64,000 bases of DNA from Antedon mediterranea (taxonomy: Eukaryota > Animalia > Echinodermata), in assembly GCF_964355755.1 (NCBI RefSeq), contig NC_092678.1, forward strand, positions 22,461,365 through 22,525,364. The letters are read 5' to 3'. Shown piece after piece: positions 13,555 to 27,400 of the stretch (positions are counted from its first letter, which is position 1; the number at the start of each line of letters is the position of its first letter). Below the pieces are notes generated by a model. The model was not told the DNA's origin, ran no database searches, and saw only the letters and a program-made list of their open reading frames with translations. Position numbers and translations under genes: made by a program.

Positions 13555-14060
13555 GTAAGAACCGCGATCCCCGCAAGGGTAACAACCGCGATCCCCGCAA
13601 GGGTAACAACCGCGATCCCCGCAAGGGTAACAACCGCGATCCCCGCAAGGGTAAGAACCGCGATCCCCGCAATGGTAACAACCGCGATCCCCGCAAGGGT
13701 AACAACCGCGATTCCCCGCAATGGTAACAACCGCGATCCTCGCAATGGTAACAACCGCGATCCCCGCAATGGTAACAACCGCGATCCCCGCAAGGGTAAC
13801 AACCGCGATCCCCGCAATGGTAAGAACCGCGATCCCCGCAAGGGTAACAACCGCGATCCCCGCAAGGGTAAGAACCGCGATTCCCCGCAAGGGTAACAAC
13901 CGCGATCCCCGCAATGGTAACAACCGCGATCCCCGCAATGGTAACAACCGCGATCCCCGCAAGGGTAACAACCGCGATCCCCGCAATGGTAAGAACCGCG
14001 ATCCCCGCAAGGGTAACAACCGCGATCCCCGCAATGGTAAGAACCGCGATCCCCGCAAGG
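13555..14060. repeat. GC/CpG-rich 24-bp minisatellite, 21 units (gtaa[c/g]aaccgcgatccccgcaa[g/t]g)
   Basis: Units read directly; generates all the repetitive ORFs at 13460-14151. Confidence 0.97.
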
Positions 14061-14267
14061 GTCTAGTTTTGGCAAATACTCCGTTTTTATTGAATAAATG
14101 ATATTGGAACTTGAATGTGGGTAACACACAAAGTATAATTGCTACCAACAAATGAAACCACCACCAGTACTGTATTGTATAAAATAAAAAGATTTATTGC
14201 AAATCATCAACATAGCATTTTTTTGGAAATCTTTATTTTAAACATTTTTGTATATTAATTGATTTTT

Positions 14268-17200
14268 CTACAATTCATCTTTAGTAGAGGGTGTAGAGAC
14301 AAGACTGGCTAGTATATCTGTCCAAAAAACCACCCTGTCATCTTTTAAATTCTGGGACAATTCCGAGGTCACATCTAATTTCATATAGTACTGCTCATCA
14401 ACATTATAAGGTTGCCAATGAGGAGCAAGTGAGGTACCATCTTGGTCACCATTTGGGTCTCTGTAAATAGACAGTGAATAGCATTAATATTTTTTCAATG
14501 ATAATAATTTTGTTTTTGGTGATTAATAGTTGAATTTTACATCACTTACCCATATTTAGCAAAGTTTGCCCAATAAGTCATAATCGTACGCGCAAGTTGA
14601 ACCTCCTCTGTAGTGTACGCAATTGGGCTTTCTTCGTTTTGTACCATTAACGGAAAACCGATAACAAACCTCTCCTCGTCCCCGTGATCTGCTCCAACCC
14701 ACTCAGGGGATGTAGCAAAGGATGGCCTATGTTGAAATTCATATAAAAAGCTTTTACCACCAGCAGCTGAAAAGTCAAAGAAAGTGCACTAAAGCTCTGT
14801 CTACATTATCAAACTTATGTGACAACAAAATGTGATGTGGCCATATATGGACATGATGACATATTACTACCATATTTGGGCATATCACTGCCATATTTGG
14901 GCACATCACTGCCATATTTGGGCACATCACACATTTTTTGTTAAACTAGTTTGATAGTGTAGACAAACCTTAATGTAAAATAGTGTCAAGTGGAATAATT
15001 ATCATGTCATTTTTTCCTTTGGTTTTTTTTTCTCAATATGTTGCGGTAAGTAAATACAAATTAAATACTGTACAAATATTACCAGTGAGTAACTTTACAA
15101 ATGTTACTGCGGGAGTCAGAAAGAAGCTGTCACCTATGACCTCCGTCAGTTTCACCAAAGCATTCAAATCATCTTTATCGTCAAGTAAATATTCTTTGGT
15201 AATCTTCTTCACAATGTTTTGATTATCCCCGGGCAAAAAACTTGATATCTGAGGCGATAAAAATGGCAATTTTTGTAAGTTACGGAATCACTCTACACTA
15301 TCAAAGTTTATGTGACAAACAAATGTGATGTGCCAATATATAGACATGATGATGTCATCACTATTATATACTACCATATAAAGTATCAATCACTCCCATA
15401 TTTGGGAACATCACACATTTTTGTCAAACTTGTTTACTCTATTATAACTACTGTTCTGTAACAATAACTATATTATTTTTAAAAATGTCAACCCCTGTCG
15501 GGTCTCAAGTTCATTCTATAATCCAATTTTAATAACATTTGTTGTTTATTTTACACATTTTTGAGCATTGTTTTTTATAGAGTTGTTTTTACATTGTAAG
15601 AATTCAGAGACCTGAAAAGAATTTTGAAACCTGTTTTTCCAAGTACTAAAAATGAGAAACAATGGTGTTAATGGTGGGAACGTAATTTATGATATTTGGC
15701 GCCTCACCAGTTTTGAACCTGAAAATAGTTTCATGTTCGTCATAATGAATCATAAAAGCTAGAATGCTGTTGAAAGGTTGACTTGCAAGTTGCAAAATGT
15801 TAATTCACTAGAGAGAATGTGGCAGGTGAAAGCTCCTTGAGTAAACAACTTAACAAAACGTTTTATTTATTGCACCTCATGAAAAAGCATTTAGTGCATT
15901 TTTGGATCACATTCTCAACCTAAAAAACGAATGTTTTAAAAAGGCAGACAGAGAAACAGAGTTAAGGTCAGAAGTCATGAAGAAACAGAGTGGAGGTCAG
16001 AAGTTATGAAGAAACAGAGTTGAGGTCAGAAGTCATATTAATTTTTCAGAATTTTGAAAATGTGATATTACAAGTCAATGATAAATAAAATGCTAACATC
16101 TTGCATTTTAAACTAATTTCCTCTTTTATTTTCTAAGTTCTAACCATTTGATTGAGAGCTGGTTCAAACATTTCCACAGAAAACTGCGCCGCTAAATCTG
16201 GAGAAATTCTTGTCTTTAACATCGAGTATCCTCCTTCATGGTTGTTTATCCCGATTAAGACGTCTTTGCGATGAAACAAGCTCGAAAATGTCAACTTTAT
16301 TGGATCGTCAGGAAGAAAATATCCATCAACGACCGGGCCAAAGACGATAACAGGCTTGTTAGGAACGTCAAGCTTAGCGTGCACGATTTCGTTGGCTGGT
16401 TTCTCAAGCAAACAATTAATAAGATCTTCGTTGGACTCATCGGGGCATCCTAGTTCTCTTGCGAGAACAGATGCCCATTTTTTAGGATTTTTTGTGTAAG
16501 CAATAGGAGTGTTTGCAAAACCGCTTTCAGCGATGCCTCTTTCAAAGACTCCGCGACTGTGTCGCGATAAATAGTGTAATCCGACACTCATCCCACCCGC
16601 TGACTCTCCAAATATGGTAACCTTCGATGGGTCCCCGCCAAAATGTCTAATATTTGATTTAATCCATCTTAAAGCTATTTGTTGGTCCAGAAGTCCATAA
16701 TTTCCTGGAGCATTTGCATCTTCGGTGCATAAAAATCCTAGAGCACCGAGTCTGTAGTTCATGGCAACAAAGATGACATTTTGGTAAGTTGCATAGGCTG
16801 ATCCATCATATGCACTTGCACCCCCATTCATGAATGCCCCACCATGAATCCACACCATCACTGCTAATTCTGCTGATTTGTCAAGGGTTGGTGTGTATAT
16901 ATTTAGATAAAGACAGTCCTCGCTAATATCTGTTCGTGGAAAATAATAATTTGAGAATGCTTTTTCAAGAATGTTAACATCCTGGGGACATAAAGGTGGA
17001 TGATTGGTCGCGTCAAACTCCCTATCCATCGGTGGTAAGCGCTTTGGGTATGAAAATCTTAGGTCTCCTACAGGTGGTGATGCGTATGGTACGCCAAGGA
17101 AAGCATAAACTGGTTTAGAGCTGTTCTGTGCATGTACAACTTTGCCTGACACATACGTGTAACCCATCTCAACTTCAGGTGGCTTCTCACCAGAACAGCC

Positions 17201-17663
17201 TGAAATCATAACAGTAATAACAAATGCGTATGCAATAATTTTAGTAATTTATAATTGGACCACTTACCCTAAAGAAATACATTTTTGATATATTTTGTTG
17301 TTGAGTTTAATGTTTAATTAAAACGTAGGCCTACTTATTGTTATTTAGGACTTGAAGTATTAAGATGGATAGCAGTAGTAGAGCAGTGCCACCACTATAC
17401 TTCCAGAAGTATTTGGTCCTGGATGAACCAACCAATCCATGTCGGCCAGATGTGTATCCTGTCACACACATGTTTGTTTTTTAGGCCTAGCCTAGTTAGC
17501 AGTGAGAGGCCTACAAATAGTTAGTACTAGCTAGTCCTCCTACTCAATACATTTGAACAACAAAAGCTACATATTCATCTGCAGTTGATGCAAGTTCTTG
17601 AAAAGTGTAAGTAAACTTACATAGTGTAAATAGAGCGATCGGAGTAAACAATTTAAAAAACAT
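14268..17663 (-). CDS. Type-B carboxylesterase (CES/cholinesterase-like alpha/beta hydrolase), ~557 aa; exons 17663-17621, 17199-16145, 15248-15083, 14766-14550, 14460-14268
   Basis: Signal peptide MFFKLFTPIALFTLCCSG; FLGVPYA, SEDCLYLNIY, WIHGGAF oxyanion hole, FGESAG serine, NNHEG glutamate, ADHGDE histidine, YWANFAKYGDPN; C-terminal KDEL-stop. All introns are GT-AG and phases are consistent (1674 nt). Confidence 0.95.
14792..14971. mobile_element. MITE family A copy in a carboxylesterase intron (second degenerate copy ~15291-15435)
   Basis: TIR aagctctgtctacattatcaaact ... agtttgatagtgtagacaaacctt, with 3 internal 21-bp units. Confidence 0.88.
15950..16036. repeat. ~29-bp tandem repeat (gaaacagagttgaggtcagaagtcat), 3 copies
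   Basis: Seen directly in a carboxylesterase intron. Confidence 0.8.
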
Positions 17664-18010
17664 TTTGTTTACAAAAAATCAGTCAGCCTCTCTCACTCTG
17701 CACTGCATGTGCTTTGTTGATGTTCTAAACATAACCTTTGAACCTTTGTTTTGGAATCTACTATAAATAAAAAGGGGTGATGAGCAATTACTAATAATTA
17801 GTTTGTATCCTCACTAGTAATAATGTACGTATTTACCAGTAATTATGGTCTAATAATGTTAACTACTTTATTATACCCTTTTATACTTACAAATGTACGT
17901 TTTAAAGGCGAAAATAGTGTAAAACTATAAAAATGCCACACCTTCACTTAAATCAAACTTTTAGGTTGGTGGCGCTTTACACGTGGATTCACGCCGGTCT
18001 TTCGGTGAGT
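17664..18010. promoter_or_regulatory. Compact bidirectional promoter between the carboxylesterase and IARS1, with a probable non-coding IARS1 exon 1 ending at 18004
   Basis: Divergent genes; CACGTG at 17980-17985; strong donor ttcg|gtgagt at 18005; acceptor at 18439 upstream of the IARS1 ATG. Confidence 0.6.
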
Positions 18011-18468
18011 TTCGTCAGAAATTTGTTAATCAAAATACAACATTGCATAAGGTTTTTTATGGTATTGGTAAACGGTTATGTTTAAGATATAAATATAAAA
18101 TGTTCAGGTTCATTTACTTAGTCAATCAATATTGAAAGAACCCAAATTGTGAGCATCATTAGCTATAGGCCTAGAACTGTAGTGTAGATAGCTAGCGGGA
18201 GGCAACAGCTGTATTACCGCAGCGTTTGCCTGTACTATAGTAGAGTGGAGTAGCTCAGAAAGAGAAGGGTGGCATCTAGGCTAGGTGCAAGTCAACTTTT
18301 GTTGATTGATTGAGACCGCAGAAAAGAAAATTCAGGTTTGTTTAGGCTTACTTGGTTACTAAATACAAGAATTTGTAAACTTTTATACTTTTTATAAAAA
18401 ATGTGACAATTAATATTATTGGTTTTTTTTTTTTTTTAGATTTTCATTTTGCACCACACGTTAGAAGC

Positions 18469-21400
18469 ATGGTTGAATCGGTTCCTGATCACATCAACTT
18501 CCCGAAGGAAGAAGAGCAGATTTTAGAACTTTGGAAGAAGATTGATGCTTTTAAAAATTGTCTGAAGCAGTCTAAAAACAAACCAAGGTACAGCAGTACT
18601 GCTAACATAAACAAATCTGGGGTAGAAATGGAAGCTATCAAGACATAATGATTTGTAACCAGCCTGTATTTGTTTTTTCTTACAGGTATTCGTTTTATGA
18701 TGGCCCGCCTTTTGCTACAGGTCTGCCGCATTACGGTCACATCCTTGCCGGCACCATTAAAGACATAGTTACTCGTTACGCGCATCAGAACGGTTTCCAT
18801 GTTGAAAGACGTTTTGGATGGGATTGTCACGGTCTGCCAGTGGTAAGTAATGATGTCACTTTTTGAAATTACAAACAATTCACATTACTGTATTGTGTAT
18901 CACTATACTGGCAGTGTATTAAGCATTTTTCCACTGCATTTTTAGGAGTACGAGATTGACAAGAAGCTTGGTATCACTGGCCCAGAGGATGTAATGAAGA
19001 TGGGAATCGAAAACTACAATAAAGAATGCCGACAGATTGTCATGAGATATTCCAGTGAATGGGAGGTAGTTTATATTTTTCTCTAAAACTCTGTCTACAC
19101 TATCAAACTAGTTTGACAAAAATGTGTGGTAGTGACGTGCCCAAATATAGTAGGGATATGAAATCATCATGTCCATATATGGGCATATCACATAAAGTTT
19201 GATAGTGTAGACAGAGCTTAAACTATTCTACAATTGTAATATTTCTTTTTCATCCCAATCCCAATTGATTAACAGTATGAGAACTGGAATAATGCAGTTC
19301 TGAACCACATTTAGGATTCGAAACCTAGAACAAAGCACCCTACCCACCAAACCACTTTTTTATATTGCATATTATTCTCTATGTTCAAATTATGAAACAA
19401 ATAAATAGTTATTTTTATAAATGTTAATTTAATTTCTTACAAACTTTAATTAAGTTTCATTATTTTATTCTTTCAGTTCATTGTAAACCGTTTGGGACGT
19501 TGGATCGACTTTAAAAACGACTACAAGACCATGTACCCCTGGTTCATGGAATCCATCTGGTGGGTGTTTAAACAATTGTATGAAAAAGGACTGGTGTATA
19601 GAGGATTTAAGGTAAGGGTCATAGAGTAAAGGTCATGCAGTGCAAAGGTCATGCAGTGTAAAGGTCAATTAGCTATAGTAATTTGGCTTATTGATGATCA
19701 GAGCATTCAAGGCTTCCAAATCTAAAGCTCTGTCTACACTATCAAACTAGTTTGACCAAAAAAAATATGATGTCATAAATGGGAGTGATATGACATCATC
19801 ATGTCCATCAGTCGTTACTGTCACATAGAGTTTGATAGTGTAGACAGAGCTTTATAGAGCTGCTGATAGTGTAGACAGAGCTTTATAGAGCTGCTGATAG
19901 TGTAGACAGAGCTTTAAAGAGCTGCTGATAGTGTAGACAGAGCTTAATAGAGCTGCTGATAGTGTAGACAGCTTTATAGAGCTGCTGATAGTGTAAACAG
20001 AGCTTTATAGAGCTGCTGATAGTGTAAACAGAGCTTAATAGAGCTGCTGATAGTGTAGACAGCTTTATAGAGCTGCTGATAGTGTAAACAGAGCTTTATA
20101 GAGCTGCTGATAGTGTAAACAGAGCTTTATAGAGCTGCTGATAGTGTAGACAGAGCTTTAAAGAGCTGCTGATAGTGTAGACAGAGCTTAATAGAGCTGC
20201 TAATAGTGTAGACAGCTTTATAGAGCTGCTGATAGTGTAGACAGAGCTTTATAGAGCTGCTGATAGTGTAGACAGAGCTTTATAGAGCTGCTGATAGTGT
20301 AGACAGAGCTTTAAAGAGCTGCTGATAGTGTAGACAGAGCTTAATAGAGCTGCTGATAGTGTAGACAGCTTTATAGAGCTGCTGATAGTGTAAACAGAGC
20401 TTTATAGAGCTGCTGATAGTGTAAACAGAGCTTTATAGAGCTGCTGAATTGTATGATTGTTGTATTTTCTGTATTTGATCACTGATATTACATATTTAAA
20501 ATGATATTTATATTTAGGTGATGCCATTCTCAACAGCCTGTAGCACTCCTCTGTCTAACTTTGAGTCTGGTCAGAATTATAAAGATGTCGTTGACCCTGC
20601 TGGTTAGTATTACAAACTTGTGTTGTTTTTTTTCCAACAAAAAATTATTAACTATTTTATGTTTTTAGGTAATTTAATTTACAATTAAATGATTTATTTT
20701 TAATTTCAGTAATTGTTAGCTTTCCATTGGACGAAGACCCAAATGTATCCGTGATTGCCTGGACAACAACACCGTGGACGTTGCCAAGCAACCTAGCCTT
20801 GTGTGTCCATCCAAATTTAGATTACGTGAAGATCAAACATGCTAAAGATGGTAAAGTCTACATCTTGATGGAAGCTCGATTAGGGGCGCTCTTCAAGAAG
20901 GAAGCGGAATATGAAATAATTGGAAAGTATGTTAACACTTATTTTCACATAATGCAAATTAAGTGTATATTACAGTATAGCCTCTATAGGGGATACCTTC
21001 TAGACCCAGGCAATACAGAGTGTCCCTTGAATAGAGGGTGTCTCATACTAGTGTACTACTGTATATCCTCTAGTGTAACCCCCAGAACACAAAATTGAGC
21101 CGACTTTGTGGGGTGGGACTTTACTCGAGGAACACTTGGTTCAGAAAAAAATGATTAGTAAGCATTTCTTGTAAAAAGTCATCTGAACTGGCTAGAGAGA
21201 GGCCTACATCCAGACCAAAAGTCAATATTGGGACTATACCCAGGGATATGCCTGTTTGTGAAATCGGACATACAGTAGGGGGTGGGATTAGACCCAAAGT
21301 GGGATTAGACCCAAAGTGGGATTATTCCCGAGGATATACATTAATAGTAGATAGAAATAGAACATAATGTATGCATTATTTATTTTCAGATTTAAGGGAA

Positions 21401-24400
21401 GTACTTTAAAGGGCAAGAAGTATAAACCATTATTTAACTACTTTATTGAGGTAAGAAAATAATTAAATTACAGACACATACACCTCACTTAACATTGAAA
21501 CTATATCCTAATTAGCTGTTAAATTGTTTTCTAGTTGAAGAAGACGGGAGCATTTAAGATTTGTAATGACACATATGTTACAGAGGATAGCGGTACAGGA
21601 GTTGTCCATCAGGCTGCCTACTTTGGAGCTGTAAGTTGTCATTATCTACAGTAGCTATTAGGGTTGACCAACTAGCATAGGTGTTTAGCACCTGTTTGGT
21701 CTTTCCGTGCCTCCTTTTATAATTGTTTTGTCTTCTTTGTTTATGTATATGGCAGAAATTGAATAACTAAATAAATAAATTAGAGTCATTAGTTGTGGCT
21801 TGGCGGTTATGATGCTTGGCTACCAATCCAAGGGTCCTGGGTTCCAAGTCCTGTCTTATGTCATGATTTTTTATTAATGACAAATTACAACCCCACTCCC
21901 GAAGACTTGTAATAAGACTTGTTTATGTAGAGCATCTTGTGTATATGTTTGTCTTGTGTGCGGGACCTCCTTTGACCACCTTTGAGAAGGATACTGAATG
22001 AATTCACTTATGGTTATCAAGGCAATTTGCCTAAATATATATTTTTTTTTAATTAAAAAATGTTTGTACATAGTTCTCGGCAGCCAATTAAAAAACTATG
22101 TGTTTGTCAACTGACATAGAATTTCTTCTTTTCTGTTTAGGACGATTACCGTGTTTGCCTAGAACATGGCGTCATCACAAAGGAAATGGTTGTGTGTCCT
22201 GTTGACGAGTCAGGCAAGTTTACGAAGGAAGTGACCGATTTTGCTGGCCAATATGTCAAGGTAATTATATCAGTTAGACGAAGAAGTATTTTAAAACGTG
22301 ATACAGTATTGTAAAAGCATGAATTTCAATGCTTTATTAAACAGAGACTTGGAAACTAAATTATGGGTTAAAATGACACTTTAAATACTTATGAGATCCA
22401 ATCGAGGCATGATATTTTTAACCATTTTTTTTTTCTCAGGATGCTGACAAAAACATCATCCGTTGGTTGAAGCAGAATGGGCGTCTTGTCGATCAGAGCA
22501 CATACAAGCATAGCTACCCCTTCTGTTGGCGCTCCGAAACACCTCTCATCTACAAAGCCGTCCCAAGTTGGTTTATCCGAGTAGAAGTACTTGTCCAAAA
22601 ACTATTGGCTAATAATCAGAAGACGTACTGGTAAATATATGAAATTTGACCTTTGATCTCATTTCTTTTGTAACATTGTTTTGTGTATCTATTTATTATG
22701 TTATCAGCTGTACAAAATTTACTTTTTCTTAATTTTTTATAGTGAATTTCAAAATGTAACATTTTGCTTACAGGGTACCAGAGTTCGTCAAGGAGAAACG
22801 CTTTGCAAATTGGTTACGTGATGCGCATGACTGGGCAGTGTCACGCAACCGGTACTGGGGAACACCAATACCACTTTGGGCAAGTGACGACTTTGAGGAA
22901 ATTGTGTGCATTGAATCCATCCAGCAACTGGAGGAGTTGTCTGGACAGAAAGTTACTGATCTACATCGGGAAAGGTAAGAGAACAAAGGTTTTGCACACT
23001 ATCAAACTAGTTTGACAAAAAAATGGGTGATGTGCCCAAATATGGTATTGATATGCCCACATATGGTAGTGATATGTCATGTCCATATATTGGCTGGTCA
23101 GAATTCGGAATTTATATCCTCCTCATACTGCAGTTGTACATTCACAATTGCATCCAGGAAAAACTCAGGAATTCAGAAAGTTATGGTTTTTATTTGTTCT
23201 TTTAGTGTTGATGGTATAACCATTCCATCAAAACGACCAGGACAACCACCGTTGAAGAGGATCTCTGAGGTCTTTGACTGTTGGTTTGAAAGTGGAAGGT
23301 ACAGTCTTTTGTTCCAATTTCTAGCATGTAACCACTACCATCTTTGCTTTATAGGTATTTTACATTAGTTACTGAATCTCCTTTATTTTTCAGTATGCCA
23401 TATGCACAGCAACACTATCCATTTGAACATAAAAGAGAATTTGAGGACTGCTTCCCAGCAGATTTCATTGCAGAAGGAATCGATCAAACCAGAGGATGGT
23501 GAGTTCTTCTTTCACTCTCCTCCTTCCTTATTTCTCGCTTCATCAACACTATAAATGGATGACTAGTTAGGAGCAGGAACGCTAGTAGGCCCAGTACCGT
23601 TTCGATTACGATCATTCAGGAAATTACCTCAGGACTAAGTACATTTAGACCTAACATCTTACCTGTTTGTAAATGATGTCATAGAGAAACGGTTAACCAA
23701 GTTTTTCAAAACCCATACAACCCTTCTAAAACATTTGCTCATTTTTGTTATTCCTCCAGGTTTTATACATTGCTAGTTCTATCAACTGCTCTGTTTGATC
23801 AGCCTCCATTCAAGAACCTCATTGCTAATGGTCTTGTGTTGGCGTCAGATGGACAAAAAATGAGTAAACGTAAAAAGAACTACCCTGACCCGCTGAACGT
23901 AGTTAATAAATACGGTGCTGACGCTCTCAGGTTAGTCAACTTTCTCCTTTAAGCTCTGTCTACACTATCATTTAAACTAATGTGACAAAATAAGTGTGAT
24001 GTGACAAAATATGGTAGTGATATGCCGGAATATGGTAGTGTCACATTTTTTAGTCATATAGTTTGATAGTGTAGGCAAGGTTGTACAGTACATTGATTTC
24101 GAACTTCCACAGTTTATTAGAAGACAATATAATATCAATCTTTCCAATTACAGACTTTTTAAGCAAAATAATATTATTATTATGTACTTTTTTTCTAGAC
24201 TTTACCTTATCAACTCACCAGTTGTACGAGCTGAGAGTCTTCGATTTAAAGAAACTGGCGTGAAAGATATCCTGAAAGACGTTTTTCTACCATGGTACAA
24301 TGCATACCGGTTCTTGATCCAAAACGTTCAACGATTTCAAATCGTAAGTTCCAACACTCATCCAAAAAGAAAAATAACTTATTTGCATTCTAAATGATTT

Positions 24401-27400
24401 GAACCCATGGCCCTGGTCTTCCTAAGCAAGCATCTAAGCTCCGGTCTTTCCTTTTTTTTTCTTTTCAGGAGGACGGAGAACAACTTATGTTGAATGAGGA
24501 TGAGTTTGTCGCGAGCAATAACTTTATGGACAAATGGATTCTGTCTTTTACTCAAAGTCTTATCAAATTTGTGCGGCAAGAAATGGCTGGTGAGTTACAA
24601 CTTCCAAAAGGAAGCTAAGAAAATATTTTAAAATTTTATATAAAAAAAATTGGTAATAATTTTAATTGAGTTGATAGTATTCCGGTTTTCTTCTTATTTC
24701 AGCATATAGACTTTACACTGTGATTCCGCAATTGGTGAAGTTTGTTGATAAACTGACAAATTGGTATGTGCGTTCAAACAGGAAACGTATTAAGGTGAGC
24801 CCTTTGAAGAATGTGTTAACCTCTGTCTACACTATCAAACTTTATGGGACAAAAAAATGTGATGTGCCCATATATGGTTATTATGGCTACCATATTTGAG
24901 CACATAACACTTTTGTTTACAAAATATTTCAGTGTACCAAGTCCTAACAATTTTCTCATTTTCAGGGTGAGGGCGGTGTTCAGGACTGCCGGCACGCTTT
25001 AGAGACGCTCTTCATGGTTCTGTTCTCAATGGTGAAGGTGATGGCGCCATTCACACCGTTCTTAACAGAACTTATCTACCAGAACCTGCGACATCTTATC
25101 GACCCTGAAAGCATCAAGGGGGTAAATGTGGACAGTGTTCATTATTTAATGGTTCCAAAACCAAGGTAAATAGACTAAATATCATCTCCATTATTAACTT
25201 AATTTCTAATTATTTAGGCCCACCATTTTATAAGGAGATAGATGTCTGTTGTTGTAATTGTAGACATATATGTTGTTTATTTACAGAGATGACCTCATCA
25301 ACCCGGATATTGAACGAGCCGTAGCTCGCATGCAGTCAACCATTGAGCTAGGCCGGGTTATCCGTGATCGTAGGACCATGCCAACTAAGTACCCACTGAG
25401 GGAAGTGGTGATTATCCACCCTGACCAGCAGTGCCTACAAGACTTGTCAAGCCTAGACGAATATATCTTAGAGGTTTGTTTTGCTTTACATATACTGTAC
25501 AAGTATCTAATCAGTGTCAAAAGTATGGAACGCAATAAGTGTAATAAAGAAAATGAAGTCATAGCATTAATAGCCGATCTAATGACGATTTTGAAATAAT
25601 TCTCTAGCCTATTATCATAGTTATAATGAATTCTTACACAGGAATTGAATGTACGTTCCCTTACAACGTCTCAAGATCAGTTGAAATATGGCGTATCACT
25701 CAAAGCCGAACCAGATAATACGATAGGTAAACGATTAAAGGGGGACTTCAAGGCGGTTTCACAAGCCATACGAAAATTAACGAATGATCAACTGAAGCGT
25801 TTCCGTGAGACCGGGGAAATTGATGTTCTAGGCCACAAACTAGGAGAGGACGATTTGAAACTTACGTACACATTCGCCCAGGGAGCCGATTCTAAATATG
25901 AGGCCCATTCTGATAATGAGGTAAGTTCTTGAACTGGTACCACACATATAAAAAAAATATGTAATAACTTTGGGCAAAAAAATTAAAATGAAAACACTCA
26001 ATGCTAAAATTCTAAACACTCTTGTGCTGGTAAAAATGTTTAGTTGTCTAATTGTTTTTTTTTTATTATTTGCAGATTTTAGTTCTGCTTGATGTGACAC
26101 CTGACCAGTCTATGCTGGATGAGGGTATCGCCAGAGAAGTCATCAACCGTATACAGAAATTACGCAAGAAGGTAAAGAATACTGTTATTTCTGTTAAACC
26201 ATAGAAACTCCCAAAAAATTTGGATTCAATTTTAAAATCTTGAATGTTTATAATTATGTTTATGATAATAAATAGTGTTGATAGATTTGCATGGCTAATT
26301 TATACTAGAAACGTTAAGCTCTTTCTACACTATCAAACTAGTTTGACAAACAAGTGTGATGTGCCCAAATATGGTGGTGATATGCTAAAATATGGTAGTG
26401 ATATGACATCATCATGTCCATATAAGGGCACATCACATTATTTTGTCACATACAGTTTGATAGTGTAGACAGAGTTTTTGAAGACAGTTGTAGCATAACA
26501 TGCGAAACATTAAAATATTCTTGACTTTTATTCCATTTGAGAACCCAGGTTGTACCTCAAACCTGACTTATTAATTAAGACGTATATTGTTTATCATTAC
26601 TTTTTTAGCCTATATTTCAAGTTTATCATTACTTTTTTAAACTAGCTTTCATATTTATTATTACTTTTTCAGGCTAGCCTTCAACCGGTTGATAAGATCA
26701 CTATATATTACGATGTTGAGCCATCCACTGCAAGTCTAGCATCCATCATCCCTAGTCACTCAGAATACATCTTTAATACAACTAAGCAACCGCTAAGTGC
26801 CTATCCACCAGTGGGGCCAGAAATCATTACAGAGACCACTGATGTAAGTATGACATAGCAGTAATCCATGCTTTTTATTCACTACTTAAGTTGAACTTTG
26901 ACCTTAATTTTCAAAGTACACATGTAAGCTCCATCTCTAAGTCTGTACTGTATTGTGCATTTCATAATACTATATTAAATCATATAATGTATCATTTTTT
27001 ATAACATAATTTATAAAAAATTCAGCTCAAAGGAACCAAATTACATCTAACTATTGTAAAACGAGAAGAAACTTCCAGCTCGTCTACCTCAGCCGTTGTG
27101 CAACCCAAGATCGTTCCCGAACCTCAAACCAAACCAGCTTGCCGATATGTAAACTTAGTTCTATCTAATGGTACACCAGAGACGGGTACATCAAGTATGT
27201 TTGGCTCTCTGCTCTTGGAAAATCCAAAAGGGAAATCCCCTATTAGCTATGATGTCATGAAACAACAAGCTCAAGTTGTGTTTGGCATTCGTGGAAAGGA
27301 AGTGAAGATATGCAAATCACCCGATAGGTCAAAGGGTATGTATATGCTTCTTTTATGCTTTTTCATTTGCTGATATAACTTATAATTGTGTTTATAAACC

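Noticed and set aside
13555-14060. CRISPR-like regular repeats (also 19854-20447 and 48600-49260)
   Set aside because: Head-to-tail units with no unique spacers, no cas genes, and a eukaryotic intron-rich context
13460-14151. Six overlapping ORFs with repeats such as LPLRGSRL, CGDRGCY and NNRDPRKG
   Set aside because: Translations of a stop-free 24-bp minisatellite; no splice or start context
17261-17275. Possible 1-nt micro-exon (tttAG G GTAAGT on minus) in carboxylesterase intron 1
   Set aside because: Exon 1 (phase 1) joins exon 2 in frame without it; inclusion would frameshift
19610-19670. Repeated AGGTCA half-sites after an IARS1 donor
   Set aside because: Simple ~15-bp tandem slippage with no canonical nuclear-receptor spacing
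21795-21860. Possible tRNA gene (similar fragments at ~24396, 36250 and 49568)
   Set aside because: Only degenerate A/B boxes, no complete cloverleaf; treated as SINE heads
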